A DNA stretch of 64,000 bases from Haliotis rufescens (GCF_023055435.1 NW_025963779.1:1736001-1800000); one strand, 5' to 3'. Numbered from the stretch's first letter, positions 31,594 to 44,158 are shown. Program-made: numbers and translations. Notes: a model not told the origin generated them from the sequence alone.

Positions 31594-31926
31594 TAGGCTT
31601 AAAAAAATGAAAGAATTGGTTCTCAGGAAAAAAGGCCTTGGAAAATACAGTGCAGGTGGGCGGTGTTTTTGTTGTTGTTGTTTCTAGTATGTAACCAAAT
31701 AAACAGTTGTGTACAATCAACCTGAGAAAGGACCTCCCTACATATATATATTCCTTGATAAGTAAAATACTGGAAAACAGTATTTGAATACCGTTGGATT
31801 TGGAATATTTAAGTTTTTTTTTTGGTTTAAAAAAAAATGGAAATAAAAGGGAAATGTGCAGGGAACTTTAATATGATGATGATGCGGGCGGTGCCTGAGA
31901 ACCAAGACTAATATTTTTTTTAGCGG
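31594..31926. mobile_element. Putative MITE
   Basis: Left aggcttaaaaaaa...ttggtttctcagg versus right cctgagaaccaa...ttttttttagc (imperfect TIRs). Confidence 0.45.
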
Positions 31927-33601
31927 TCATGTTACTTTTGTCATTTTACAAAAAAGTTTTGATATTTATATGATTTGCATCCATGGGTTATGCTAATCCA
32001 TGTGGGTATCCATGGACTATATAGATTTCTTGTGTTTCCCATAGACTATGTTGATATATATAGGTATCCATGGACTTTCTACATTTGTTGTCTCATTGTT
32101 ACATGTCATCAGGATTCCATCCATTACTGCTCCCCAGACAGCAGAGTCTGTCCTTGCTTCATACAGACTGGTCATATACAGGGCAACGTCCTCAGGTACT
32201 CTGTGTTGTGGGAAGACAGTGGTACCTTACCATCCCACGTGAAGAGCCGGGTTACTATTGGTCATCAGCAACCCATGCTTGTCTCTCCCTGTAAAAATCT
32301 GGGTTACGTCGTTAAACAACAAACAAACAAACTGAAAACTGTTTCTGTTCCCTGTGATATTGACATCATTAAAATAGCAAGATTATAATTTAACTGATGC
32401 CTGGATATGTAGTTTCCACACACACACTTACACATACACAAGCAGTTTACATGCAGGTGTCCACACTAACAGGTTTCCACACTAACAGGGTTTCACTGTG
32501 GAGGGATCATGGCAGCCATCAGACCAATGGTTGACAGTTGTAGCATCGTAGTCAAACCCTGTCACCAAGGCTACAATGTAACAATAATGACAGTTCAAAG
32601 AGTTATCTCCCCTCCCATACTGAACAAGAATACAGTTCCAATTGAGCGTTGTTTACTCAAGTTTGTGGAAGATGATACAAGTTGTTAATGATGAGATAAT
32701 CTCCTGTAGTGACCTCCACTTGCAGGCCATGTGTTGCTGTGATGTCAGTGGTCAGTCTTGGTCTGGTTTGTTTGTAGTATGTAGACAGCTTTGCTAATCT
32801 GTGACAAATGGCAGCGTGTAAACTGTGATACTTGTACCCTACCAACCCATCATGAAGCTGTTGACACCAATCACGGGTTTTACTTGCATATATTGTATTG
32901 TACTGTTTATGTTATTGACAAGAACAGATTTAATCACATTAAGTTTTACCATGCTGTTAAATTATTGATTTTATCGGTGTCAAAATCTGTTTGTTGGGAT
33001 TCATTTTGAATAATGTAATATGGAAGTATTGATTACAGCACATTTCTAAACACTGCTATATTGGGACCGAAGATTGTGATGTCACCTCTTGTTACCTGTA
33101 ACAATGAAACTAGGGACTCATCACAATGTCTGTGACATGATCACGCCAACTATCTTTGTTTGGAGGAACTCCTGAACTAATCCCTCAATGGTGTTCGTTT
33201 AGCTGAGTTAGTTTTACTGTGGCTGAGGGATGGGCAAATGTGTGGCCGGAAGCAGCAGAGATATTTCAACAATGCATTTAGTGGGCCGTGCTGATCTAGT
33301 GGCCAATGTCAGGACACAACTCCTTGTCGGAGCCCATGGTTGTGCACCACTTGTATGTCAAACAGTCCATCCATATTTATTTGATTTACAGTAGTTTTAA
33401 TGTCTTTGCATATGATATTATAATCAAATAAATTATTTTCTATAGAAGGCTTTGATGTTATTTTTAATGTCACTGATGTCATAAATGAAACAAGATTTCA
33501 AAATGCTACAAGAAGCTACTTACTCTCCCGGCAGAGTGAACAGTGGCACCTTCTGAAAACATAGCGAGATTGAATTGTGTTTAGCCTTCGTCAACAACAT
33601 A

Positions 33602-33716
33602 CCTGGGCCTCGTTCCTCAAAGCCATCTTAGCGCTAAGGTGATCGTAACTCCCATACTTTTACATTGGCTTACGATAGTTGTAGCACTAAGATCGCTTTG
33701 TGGAACGGTGCTCAGG
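33602..33716. mobile_element. Palindromic MITE (~115 bp, ~35-bp TIRs); its core matches the 53-bp satellite
   Basis: cctgggcctcgttcctcaaagccatcttagcgcta ... tagcactaagatcgctttgtggaacggtgctcagg. A second copy lies in the opposite orientation at ~48115-48236. Confidence 0.85.
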
Positions 33717-33892
33717 CCAGTGATGGTGATGAAGCATCCTCTGCGCTACTGATTTGAATCACAATACTCGTAGCTCTACAATCACTTGGTTGAATAAAGA
33801 TATGGCCAATCTACTCTTGCAGCCACTGTGTCCACCCAAACACTGTCATTTGACAAACATTGTTCCACAAGATTGATACTTTAGTTGCTTTA

Positions 33893-34132
33893 GACCCATG
33901 AAGATCCATGTTAGAATAGGTTTTCAGGAACCCATGCTTGTCATAAGAAGCGACTAACAGGATTGGGTGATCAGGCTTGCTGACTTGGTCGATGCATGTC
34001 ATCATATCCCAATTGCGGAGATGTCAATGATGCTCATGATGTCAATCACTGGATTGTCTGGTCCATTATTTACAGACCACCATCATATAGCTGGAATATT
34101 GCTGAGTACAGTGTTTCACAATAAACAAACAA
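33893..34132 (+). mobile_element. Full-length non-tRNA short retroposon with a 13-bp TSD
   Basis: TSD tttagttgcttta (33880-33892 / 34133-34145). Begins gacccatgaagatcc and ends gctggaatattgctgagt...(aaac)n. Confidence 0.92.
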
Positions 34133-35337
34133 TTTAGTTGCTTTATTTTGTTGTATCTTGAAGAATGAGCTCCCCACTTGTTCCCCGAAGTCTTCAGAAT
34201 GAGCATCTCCCTCAGACATCATGTATCTATCTATTCCTACACTTTCAATATCAGACTAAAGCTCCATTTTCTTTGAAGTTATCAATTTTAAATCAATAGC
34301 AAATGCTAAAATCTCTGACTGATTAGAACTGGTCACTAAACAGTAACTTGGCACATGAACCCGTGGAAGAATGTGACGAACATATGTACCCACATCATGT
34401 ACAGACATGTGTGGGAGAACAGACTGGCCCATCAGTCTTAATCTCTGCTCCTGAGTCAATCAGCTGAGTGCTATCTCGGTGTGTGAGGTGTAGTATGTCC
34501 GGGGGAGTTGTTCCAGTACTTCTAAACAAACATTTCACATTGGACTTGAATTCTTTAATTCCATATTAAAAGCCAATATGTAATAAGTTACAATAGTTGA
34601 AAAAATATGAAAATAAACACAGAACTTGCACCATTTGAAAAATAAAACGGTTGACATCACAATTGGTAACAAAATATATATCATTCATAACAATAAATAG
34701 TCTTGACCGAGCTTACACAAATCATCTCAGTAATACTGATGTTTCTACAAATGTTATAACCCTGCAACAGCTTATATACAGTGCCATACTTTACATATAA
34801 AAAACAAAACTTTGGTAAGAACAGTGTTTGAAATACAACCAATAGTCTCAGGATGGTAAAGTTTGCTGTTATCTACTGCTGAAACTGTTGATGTGAGGAC
34901 TGACTGCTGTATCTGATGCTTCAAGTGAAGTGACAGGTCATGGCAGTAAACCACAACAATGAAATTACCATCTTTTAATTACACTGCAATAAATGTCCAC
35001 TGACATAAATTAGAACAACAGTATAACCATGATAAATGAAAGGGCATTCAAAATTCTACAATTGGCAACTTGACCATTTACTAATGTTGGACAAAAGAAT
35101 CATCTCTGCTACAGACCCAGTTCTGGTAAACACACAAATTCATGAAAATATAATTTCAAAATACACAAGCCCAAAAGGTTGAGAATTTTAAACGATAACA
35201 CCCAAATATTGCACTTTCACTTCAGGATTCATGGGACATCTAGTCAAAAATGAAGAGTGAAGACAATGCTCTAACAGTTACACATGACACTGCACATACA
35301 CCAACTATTGACATAAAGTTATTTACAACTGGCAATA

Positions 35338-38300
35338 TGTATTTTTAAAGTAAAAATATCATACCTACTTATCCTGACTCATACAAATTGCTTATCTCAT
35401 CTCATTTCCAAAAGATAGTGGAATTTTCCTGTGCTGTGTTCCAAGGGAACAGAAAAAAACATTTCAACCCAACGCACCCCTGAGCAGAGAAGGTGCACTT
35501 GACAAAGCCAACTCATCACTCTCTCATTCCCTCTTTCCTCTTTTATTATTAGCCGAAACGCACATCAGGAGAAGAGCGGACAGCGGGGAGGGTACTTACG
35601 CGTATGAGTCAGGATAAGTATAAATGATATTTTTACTCTGAAAATACACCTATTACCGTATTCCGACTCAAACTAGTTGCTTGAAGCCCACAGTGTGTTC
35701 CACCTGAAATGGTGAGTCAGACTGTGAAACATTCATAAAACCCCATGGGAACATGAAACCATCTTGTTGATCTTCTTACATCTTTGTGGGTTACGGATAC
35801 CGCCTGGCTGCCTTGGCTGAGTGTCCTCTTCTAGTGAGGTTGAATGTAATATGTTCCATATGTGAAGTTTGTAGAGATCCGGTCTTGGATGAACTTGTTT
35901 TAAATGAAGATTTGGCCAGTTCGGGAGTTTAAGACGAAGTCCTGCCAATCATACTGGTGAAATCTCGAAGAATGACCCAGTTGATGCCTATACTGTCTTG
36001 ATCGTCAATGAATGGCCAATGATCCTCTTGGTACTGATACACTGAACCGATAACATAACTGCAACCACAATAGCCAGGATTTGGATCCTTGGGTGAGAAT
36101 AATGAATAACAATGATCCTGGGACGTGGCTAGCACATGACGACTCTGTCGAATGTCTAATCGATCGTTAATGTTGTTATGATCTTCCCTGTTTAGACAAG
36201 GGTATCGATCTTGAGACTGGTGACGATGCTGTTCCTAAATGTCGCATCTGCGCCTGTCCTCCCTGTCTAATACAAGCCATGTCCACCTAACATGACATGA
36301 TCTGTACCACATCTTGAATATCAGACTGACAGAATGCTGATGATAGGATCTGGTGCGATCCAGGCTGTCCTAACCTCTCCGAACCAGTAGGATTAATGAG
36401 CTAGGGTGATGATCGACGAGACGACTGAGAAATCCCTTCAGTCGAATGCAGGATATGCCCAAAGGCTGATGCTGTTGCATGGCTAACAGGACATGTTGTG
36501 TAACTATAGCTGTTTGATAATGGTACAGTACTCTGTGGAAAAAGGACATGCTGCACAAACATAGAAGGTTGTGTGAAGGCAGACATTTGCGCGAAAGATG
36601 AGGCTGTGCGAAGGACTGTGTCTGCATGAAGGTCTGTGCCAATGGGAAGGTCTGTGTCTGCATGAATGGGAGAAGCTGAGATATTGTTGGAGGTTTGGTA
36701 ACCGTCTGATGTTGCGAACAAGGAGGGTTGCATGCAGGTGTCCACTTTCCCAGAGGAGGGAGGCTTCGTGGATGATAGCTTTGTCCTCTAAGAGGTGTGC
36801 ACCTTTGTCAAGGTATGTGTCTTCATGAAGGGAGACAGCTCAAGAGGACGCAAGCCAGGGTCTGAAGATGATACTCTTCTTTGAGAGCGTGAGAAATTTC
36901 TTCAGAAAATGACATTGAAGGGGTAAGTGTCTTTATTCATCGTCTGAAGCTGCAAGTAGAACCTGCTGCACGAAGGTCTGTGGCTGCGTGAAGGTCTGAT
37001 GCTGCTTGACAGCAAGTAGAACCTGCTGCATGAAGGTCTGTGGCTGCGTGAAGGTCTGATGCTGCTTGACAGCAAGTAGAACGTGCTGCGTGAAGGTCTG
37101 TGGCTGCGTGAAGGTCTGATGCTGCTTGACAGCAAGTAGAACCTGCTGCATGAAGGTCTGTGGCTGCGTGAAGGTCTGATGCTGCTTGACAGCAAGTAGA
37201 ACGTGCTGCATGAAGGTCTGTGGCTGCGTGAAGGTCTGATGCTGCTTGACAGCAAGTAGAACCTGCTGCATGAAGGTCTGATGCTGCTTGACAGCAAGTA
37301 GAACCTGCTGCGTGAAGGTCTGTGGCTGCGTGAAGGTCTGATGCTGCTTGACAGCAAGTAGAACCTGCTGCATGAAGGTCTGTGGCTGCGTGAAGGTCTG
37401 ATGCTGCGTGAAGGTCTGATGCTGCTTGACAGCAAGTAGAACCTGCTGCGTGAAGGTCTGTGGCTGCGTGAAGGTCTGATGCTGCTTGACAGCAAGTAGA
37501 ACCTGCTGCATGAAGGTCTGTGGCTGCGTGAAGGTCTGATGCTGCTTGACAGCAAGTAGAACGTGCTGCGTGAAGGTCCGTGGCTGCGTGAAGGTCCGAT
37601 GCTGCTTGACAGCAAGTAGAACCTGCTGCATGAAGGTCTGTGGCTGCGTGAAGGTCTGATGCTGCTTGACAGCAAGTAGAACCTGCTGCATGAAGGTCTG
37701 TGGCTGCGTGAAGGTCTGATGCTGCTTGACAGCAAGTAGAACCTGCTGCATGAAGGTCTGATGCTGCTTGACAGCAAGTAGAACCTGCTGCGTGAAGGTC
37801 TGTGGCTGCGTGAAGGTCTGATGCTGCTTGACAGCAAGTAGAACCTGCTGCATGAAGGTCTGTGGCTTTTTTTAAGGTCTGAGGCTGCGTGAAGGTCCGT
37901 GGATGGTCCGTGGCTGCATAAAGAAGTAATCCAACATGCATGACAGCGTCTGCCAGGATACTGAGGATTTCGCCACTGTCTGAAGCTGCTTGCAGGTGGT
38001 CGGCTGCGTGCAGGAATCTTTCTTCAGCAACTTCAAAGCAGGCTTCATGCACACCTTCACGGATAATGATGCAAACGGCTTCGTGGTGGTGATGAACTTT
38101 GTGACAACATGCTATCTCTTGGCTGGAGACGACTTCAATGAGGAAGAGCTGCTTCTCTTCTTGACTGATGTCTGAAGGCTCTTACTGTGTTGGGAGGAGA
38201 CAGCAGAAGATTCAATCTGAGGGGGTTGACCTTCTGCTGCCTAGGGAAGAGCTTGTAGGGATGACTGGTTGTTCTGTAAGGTAGGAAGTTCTTAGTCACA

Positions 38301-38428
38301 CGGCTTAGTCACACGGTTCTGGCGCTCCTGCATGGCTCAGCAGTGGAAACACAGCACAGGCAGTTTCCACAACCTTTCGGAAATGAGATGAGATAAGCAA
38401 CTAGTATGAGACTGGATAAGCTAACATA
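35338..38428 (-). mobile_element. Second DIRS-like element (non-autonomous; no recognisable RT or YR), with different terminal sequence
   Basis: ITR pair 35365-35442 vs 38345-38421. Within the ICR (35600-35683), the first half is complementary to 35338-35384 and the second half to 38395-38418. Confidence 0.8.
36952..37866. repeat. 60-bp tandem repeat (with 42- and 78-bp variants) containing 18-bp subunits, inside the second DIRS element
   Basis: Unit gtagaacctgctgcatgaaggtctgtggctgcgtgaaggtctgatgctgcttgacagcaa; all three minus-strand frames are open. Confidence 0.95.
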
Positions 38429-38899
38429 AACAGTTTCCTTGATGTGGACACTTGACAGACTGATCAAGCCTCCTGTGTAAAGGAGACAGCCAACAGAATG
38501 TTGTTTGAATTTGTCTTTCCCCTCTTTCAGGGCGTTATATCTCCATTATGATAACTACCCTGGATCTAGCCATCTGAGTGGTGTCGCCATCTCTGTCTCT
38601 CTTGTCACTAGTTTAACAGAGACTCTCAGTCCCATGAGTGTTCTATGATCAGGTAGCTAGAATGCACTTATTTGAATCAGGATTGACCTGAAGCGGATGG
38701 GCCCAGGGTACTTATCATGACATTATGGAGATTTAATACACTTAATCGAGGATGTGATGACGTCAACTGACAAAAAGTTGAACATTAACTACCTTGTGTG
38801 TAAACCAGCATGGCTAGGCAACATGTGAAGGCAACTAGAAAAAGTCATTGTTTCATTTATTAATGATGAAGTGTCAGCTAAAATCTGTGACATAGACCT

Positions 38900-39280
38900 C
38901 TGTTATCTGTGACAGAGATGACAGGGATTTTCATTACAGAAAACAGGGATTTCCAACACAGGAAACAGGGGTCAGCATAACAGATAACAGGTCAGCATAA
39001 CAGAAAACAGATTTCCATCACAGAAAACACGGGTCAGCGTAACAGATAACGGGTCGGCATAACAGAAAACAGATTTCCATCACAGAAAACATGGGTCAGC
39101 AAAACAAAGTCAGGGGTCTCCATCACAAATAGGGTCAGCATAACAAAAATAAGAGAGGTCAGCATCAGATAATGGGACGTCACAGATAACACGTTTGTAT
39201 TACAAATGACTGGGGTCTATGTCACATATGACGGGGGATCTATGTCACATATAACAGGTGACTATGTCACTACTTAACAA
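38900..39280. repeat. Degenerate low-complexity tandem repeat (cagcataacaga(a/t)aacag)
   Basis: Repeated ggtcagcataacaga and tttccatcacagaaaac motifs. Confidence 0.65.
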
Positions 39281-39930
39281 AGATACACTAACACCAGAGC
39301 TAACTCGATATTTGAGAATGTTTTCTATCATGATTAACTATCATATCTATGTAATTCAATATGCAAGAACCAACATCACAATATTGCCATTGACGGCACA
39401 CATATAGAAAGTTTAGAAATCGGAATGAAGAATTGTAGATAACAATTTGAAAAGTCAGGGAAAGACTCCATCACATTCAGAAGTGACAAGTTTACATTAA
39501 TGAGGCATTATATAGCTGATAACTGGCTTTGATCTCAGTCCTGCACAATGAAATGGCTTCTCTCATACAAGTCGCAACTTTAGAGATTAAGTTGCGGTGT
39601 TCAGATTGATGGATCATCGGTCAACACGCTGCAGCAACAGGTGGTCAGGAGCTGGTTTCTTTCATCAAGAAATACAGCGTAAGAGAACAGTTCCAAATTT
39701 GGACGTTAAATAAAAATCTTAATTCCTTAAGACTGGAGACGTACATCCTGACACCCCCCATTATCATTTAAAAGGTTGACATCCTCAAAGGCTTTCAGAA
39801 TGGAAGACACACAAATCATAGCAGGAAGTTAATCAAAACATAGCCCACGTTATTGAGCTGCACCATCCTTCTGAGGAAGGATTCCAATCTCATAAAAAAA
39901 CAGATCTTAGTTCTCGCTGCCTCTACTGGG

Positions 39931-40441
39931 TAAACAAAGATCTTAGAACACCCCATTACGGGTCACATCAGAACGACCTTTCATCCGACCAATCAAAACG
40001 TCATCTACCAGATAAGGAAAGTGAGAGTAGGAATACTTTTCTTATCATGCAACCCGGGGGTATTCCAAACAGTTAGGGGCTGTACGATGAACTCCGTGAA
40101 AATCATCCTCTATCTCTTGCTTCAATTGGAAAAAACAAAAAGAGACTTTCCATACCCCGTGGGAAGTATTGCCATACAATCTCGGCCATCTATTAGACAT
40201 TCCAGAATTTTCTTTCGTTCAATTTTCAAATTTTGAATCTAGAACTATGTCGAAATATTTTCAAAGCAAAGTTTGAAATCAAAGACGCCAGTTTGAAACT
40301 AGTGCCGTAACGCTTGAGAAAGCTGTTTTCTGATTGGCTAAAGTTGACTTCAAGCTTGTAAAGTCATTCTATTGGTCGGTCAAAGGTTGTGACAGGTCGT
40401 TCTGACGTGACCTTAACTGGATGTCCTCAGATCATTGTTTA
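39931..40441. mobile_element. MITE-like element with ~70-bp imperfect TIRs
   Basis: Left taaacaaagatcttagaacaccccattacgggtcacatcagaacgacc..ccgaccaat; right, reverse-complemented, taaacaatgatctgaggacatccagttaaggtcacgtcagaacgacc..ccgaccaat. Confidence 0.75.
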
Positions 40442-41271
40442 ACTGGCACGATCTTTCTTATTTTTCACCTCATTATAACTGCGATAATAATGCTGTTCAT
40501 TTTCAGAGAGACAATATGATTGGAGCTGTCATTTTTCTGACATGAACTGTAAAAGTCCTGAAAAGTTTGGATGGAAACCTTGCATACTTGTTAATCCCCC
40601 ACACCGAACTTAAGGAATTGAGATTCTAACCATTCTTCTTGATCTGCTGCCTAGGATAAGGCTGAGTGGACAGATGTACAACACAAAGTATCACACATCA
40701 GTCACCATTTAATACTTCTGTGATTTTGTTGTGCTTATGGTAAGACATTTTCAGATCTTTATACTGTTTACACCATGGAGAACAATAACACCAATATACC
40801 AGATTAAGTACTTCATACACAAATACCACCGAATAGTGCTCCAGCAAAGTGCGGCTGGAGGCCAGTGATTACATTACAAATAATTGCTTGCTTGAATTGA
40901 GAGTGGACACTCGTATTTCCTTGTGGATGACATTTTCTATGTCAATATGTACATAATGTTCATGATGGCATCACATAATTAAAAGATCTTCACATTTAAG
41001 GTTTTGTTAATTTGGACCTTGGAAGTATTTGGTGTTACCTCCACATATATCACTGATATTTAATGCATGCCAGGCAAAATTTCCACAGCAAAATATCATT
41101 TTATGAACAAGCATGTTACATTGTAGGCCAGGGTTTTTCATCCTCGATTATCCAGTGTATCAATCTCCTTTCTATTATGATGAATATCATTACCCATTCA
41201 CTACCGCAGCTTGGTCCAATCAATGATCATGATGACTGCATCATGAAAGAAACAAGCAGTGATATCACCAC

Positions 41272-41521
41272 TTTGTTTGTTTGTTGTTTAACGCTAATTA
41301 ATTTTCCAGCTATATCATGTATATGACTGCAGTCTGTAAATAATCGAGACGATCGAGTGATGGACATCTTGAGCATCCATCCACACAATTGGGATATGAT
41401 GACATGCATCAACAAAGTCAGCAAGCCTGACCATCTGATTCTGTTAGTCACCTCTTACGACAAGCATAGTCGCCTTTTACGACAAGCATGGGTTGCTGAA
41501 GACCTATTCTAACCCGGATCT
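41272..41521 (-). mobile_element. Non-tRNA short retroposon, near full length, two head modules
   Basis: Reverse complement agatccgggttagaataggtcttcagcaacccatgcttgtcgtaaaaggcgactatgcttgtcg...; probable TSD gtga(t/a)atcacca. Confidence 0.88.
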
Positions 41522-42053
41522 GGTGAAATCACCAGTACTTGACTCGCCTTCTGCGTTTCCAACACAACTGTAAACATGTGTTAGCATAAGGACTTCCTTC
41601 CCCACCTACTACACAGGAAGTCATCATCTCAGCCACATGTACTTAAAGAGCAATCTTCTGATTCCATGAACTAAATTCTGTGCTAAGTTAGTGATAAGAG
41701 AAATGGCGACATCACTTGGGAAATGAAGCTATTGTGGCTAAAGGGCCCAAGATATTTATCCTAATTTAATAGAGATATAACACACTGGCTAATTGAGGAT
41801 GGAGCATCTAATGTTCTCACAAAGTACACAACAAAGGCGAAGGGTGGCTTTATATCACAGCAGCACAGTTAACATGGATGTTTTATAGTCAGTAACATCT
41901 CGAAATATACAGTAGCATAAATATGTAAAAAATCATCTTGTGCAAAGTTTGCGATCAGTAGATCACGAAACTCCTTAGACAAACATTGCAGGAAATGTTC
42001 ACAACATGGGATATACTTTAAAACAGGGCCAAGATTCTAATGACATGAACAAG

Positions 42054-42334
42054 AGTGAGTGAGTGAGTTGGGTTTAACGCCACTTTAAACATTATTCCAG
42101 TTATATCACGGCGTGTCAGCTTAATGTGGGAGGAAAGCCCGAAGTGATGCAGGTTTCAGATGTTTACCACTTCAGTGAAACCCATGAGCACGGGTATGGT
42201 GCTGACAAACCTAGAAACATAATCAGGGCGAACCGGGATTCGAACCCACAATCATAGGTTTCTGGCATGCCCAAGGGACGCAACTCTGTGAAGCGAATCA
42301 CGGCGCCTTAGACCACTGGGCCACCCGTGCCCCC
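42054..42334 (-). mobile_element. tRNA-headed SINE (family C) with an 11-bp TSD
   Basis: TSD acatgaacaag (42043-42053 / 42335-42345). Head ggtggcccagtggtctaaggcg...gggttcgaatccc; tail ctggaataatgtttaaagtggcgttaaacccaa(ctca)n. Confidence 0.9.
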
Positions 42335-42717
42335 ACATGAACAAGCATTTGTTTAAATCAAAGGTTCACTTGTTTGCTAAGGAAACTGGTGCTTTGGCAA
42401 GAGAAGCTGAACATGATGAAGGCTTCAACCAGGGGTTGGCCAATACACCATAGAATCATATGCTTTGAATCAATCGTTCCTTTCTCAATGAACAAGTCAT
42501 GTCCATGAAAATAACAGAGGTGAGATCAAAATGAAAGATAAATAGCTGTGTGTCAATAAACTTTTGTGCCAAAATAGTTGCTAAATACAGTTCCTCCTCT
42601 AAACATTTTCTTTCAAGACAAAATCAAACTCATTTTAGTTAATGAATTAAGCATGTCAAGTGATATGTAAGTTTTGAGGTTGGTCTTTATTTCAACTGGC
42701 ACTCATATATAATGCCC

Positions 42718-42830
42718 TCCAACAACTGCCAACATTGTCCAACAACTGCCAACATTTTCCAACAACTGCCAACATTGTCCAACAACTGCCAACATTGTCC
42801 AACAACTGCCAACATTGTCCAACAACAGCC
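42718..42830. repeat. 20-bp tandem repeat x5.5
   Basis: Unit aacaactgccaacattgtcc. Confidence 0.9.
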
Positions 42831-43260
42831 ATGTAAACACAACTTGTTCTGTTAATGACTGGCTTCTTTCCTTGGATTTCAATAGTTCCTGGAAGTTTCC
42901 TCTTCTTCCAGAGAATTCTCCATATCAGCATCAGTCACTGGAAAATGAGGAAATCCAAAGAAAAAAGCCAGCCATGAACAGAGACAAAGGCATTAACCTA
43001 CCCAGCATGTACTCAACTGTTCTCTCATCATAGCATCAACCACAAATGGACATCTTGATCACCATCTGTTGTTAGTGTTACCACAGGCAGCCCCTTGTTA
43101 TTACGCCCAGCTCAACCACTCACCGTCATCGTACTTCATTGGCTTCTCTAGTGTTAATCTCATTGGCTACGTCATTATATTGTTATCTTTGTACATAAAC
43201 CCTACCATGTGTTAACACATCATCACGTATATATATCAACTCTGTATGTTCACTCAGTAT

Positions 43261-43301
43261 TCACCTGATGAAGGGACAAAAGTAGCTCTGAAACATTGTG
43301 A
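43261..43301 (+). ncRNA. Decayed minimal type-I hammerhead ribozyme (Penelope-like element pLTR remnant, ~43085-43340)
   Basis: TCAC-CTGATGA-AGGG-loop-CTCT-GAAA-CATT-GTGA: stem I TCAC/GTGA, both core boxes, stem II. A TATA-like run lies upstream and A(A/T)TAAA signals downstream. Confidence 0.6.
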
Positions 43302-44158
43302 CAAAGAATTAAAGAAGTTGTTATCAATAAAAAATTGTCATGTATTCATGTTCTTCAAACTACTTAATGCCTATCAGTCTCCATGGCTGTTGGCATTAAA
43401 ACGTCACAAGTGTTTTCAACCAAATACTACTTCTCCTGCTTACTTGTTATGAGAATTCATGCAGATTGCTATCTAGTTGTATGTATCGTATGTATGTTGT
43501 ATGTTCATGACTTTTGACCTGGAACCAAACATTTCTAATTTTTGAAAAACCATGTTCAAAGTTTATTTAATAGTTTAATAGTCTTCAGCGTGACGAGCGT
43601 ACACTTTAACCACAAGGCTACCCCACCGCCCCACAAAGACAATGTAGCTCACCTGCCATGTTCCTAGTGATACAGTGTAATCGGCACTGCTTTACATGGG
43701 ATGGCTGTAATGCAATAATGTAATATTCAGAGGATGTGCTTATTACTGTTATATCCTTTTCTTTTGCTACATATCGTACTAAAGTTTCAGTTCCCTTGAC
43801 CTTCAAGGTCATAAAAGTTGTTTTTACAAAAGGAAGAAAATAATAACCTTCTTCTCACATGCTTTGATCTGAGTCCAGTTAAGGTGCTACATATCCACAA
43901 AAAGTTTCAGGATAGAGACAAAAAGAGTATTTGGTTGAAACTTTAATTTTTTGTCTGAAAGCAGACATAAATTGCTTTCATCAGTGTTCATGGTCTCCCT
44001 GACAGCCTGGGGACAGACAGTCAGGGTATACCTGCTGATTTCTGTGACAAAATACCCTGCATGGTCCTCAGCACCACGTCCGACACAGTGTCCAACTCTG
44101 CCCTATTCTGTCCCTGTTAGTGGTCAATATGGCACTGAGTTCATTCACAATATATAGG

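Noticed and set aside
33893-33965. HDV-like or hammerhead assignment for the retroposon head
   Set aside because: A hairpin followed by CTAA resembles HDV P4-J4/2, but no P1 3' strand lies upstream of it. The antisense CTGAAGA has no matching GAAA. Left unclassified.
30900-34520. Additional gene between KIF24 and the second DIRS element (ORFs at 31077, 31975, 32657, 34256)
   Set aside because: No recognisable motifs and no consistent exon chain; it may be UTR or non-coding. RNA-seq would be needed.
36902-38052. Host gene encoding a repetitive (e.g. shell-matrix) protein
   Set aside because: All three frames are open simply because the unit lacks stops, there is no signal peptide or exon context, and it lies inside DIRS-type termini.
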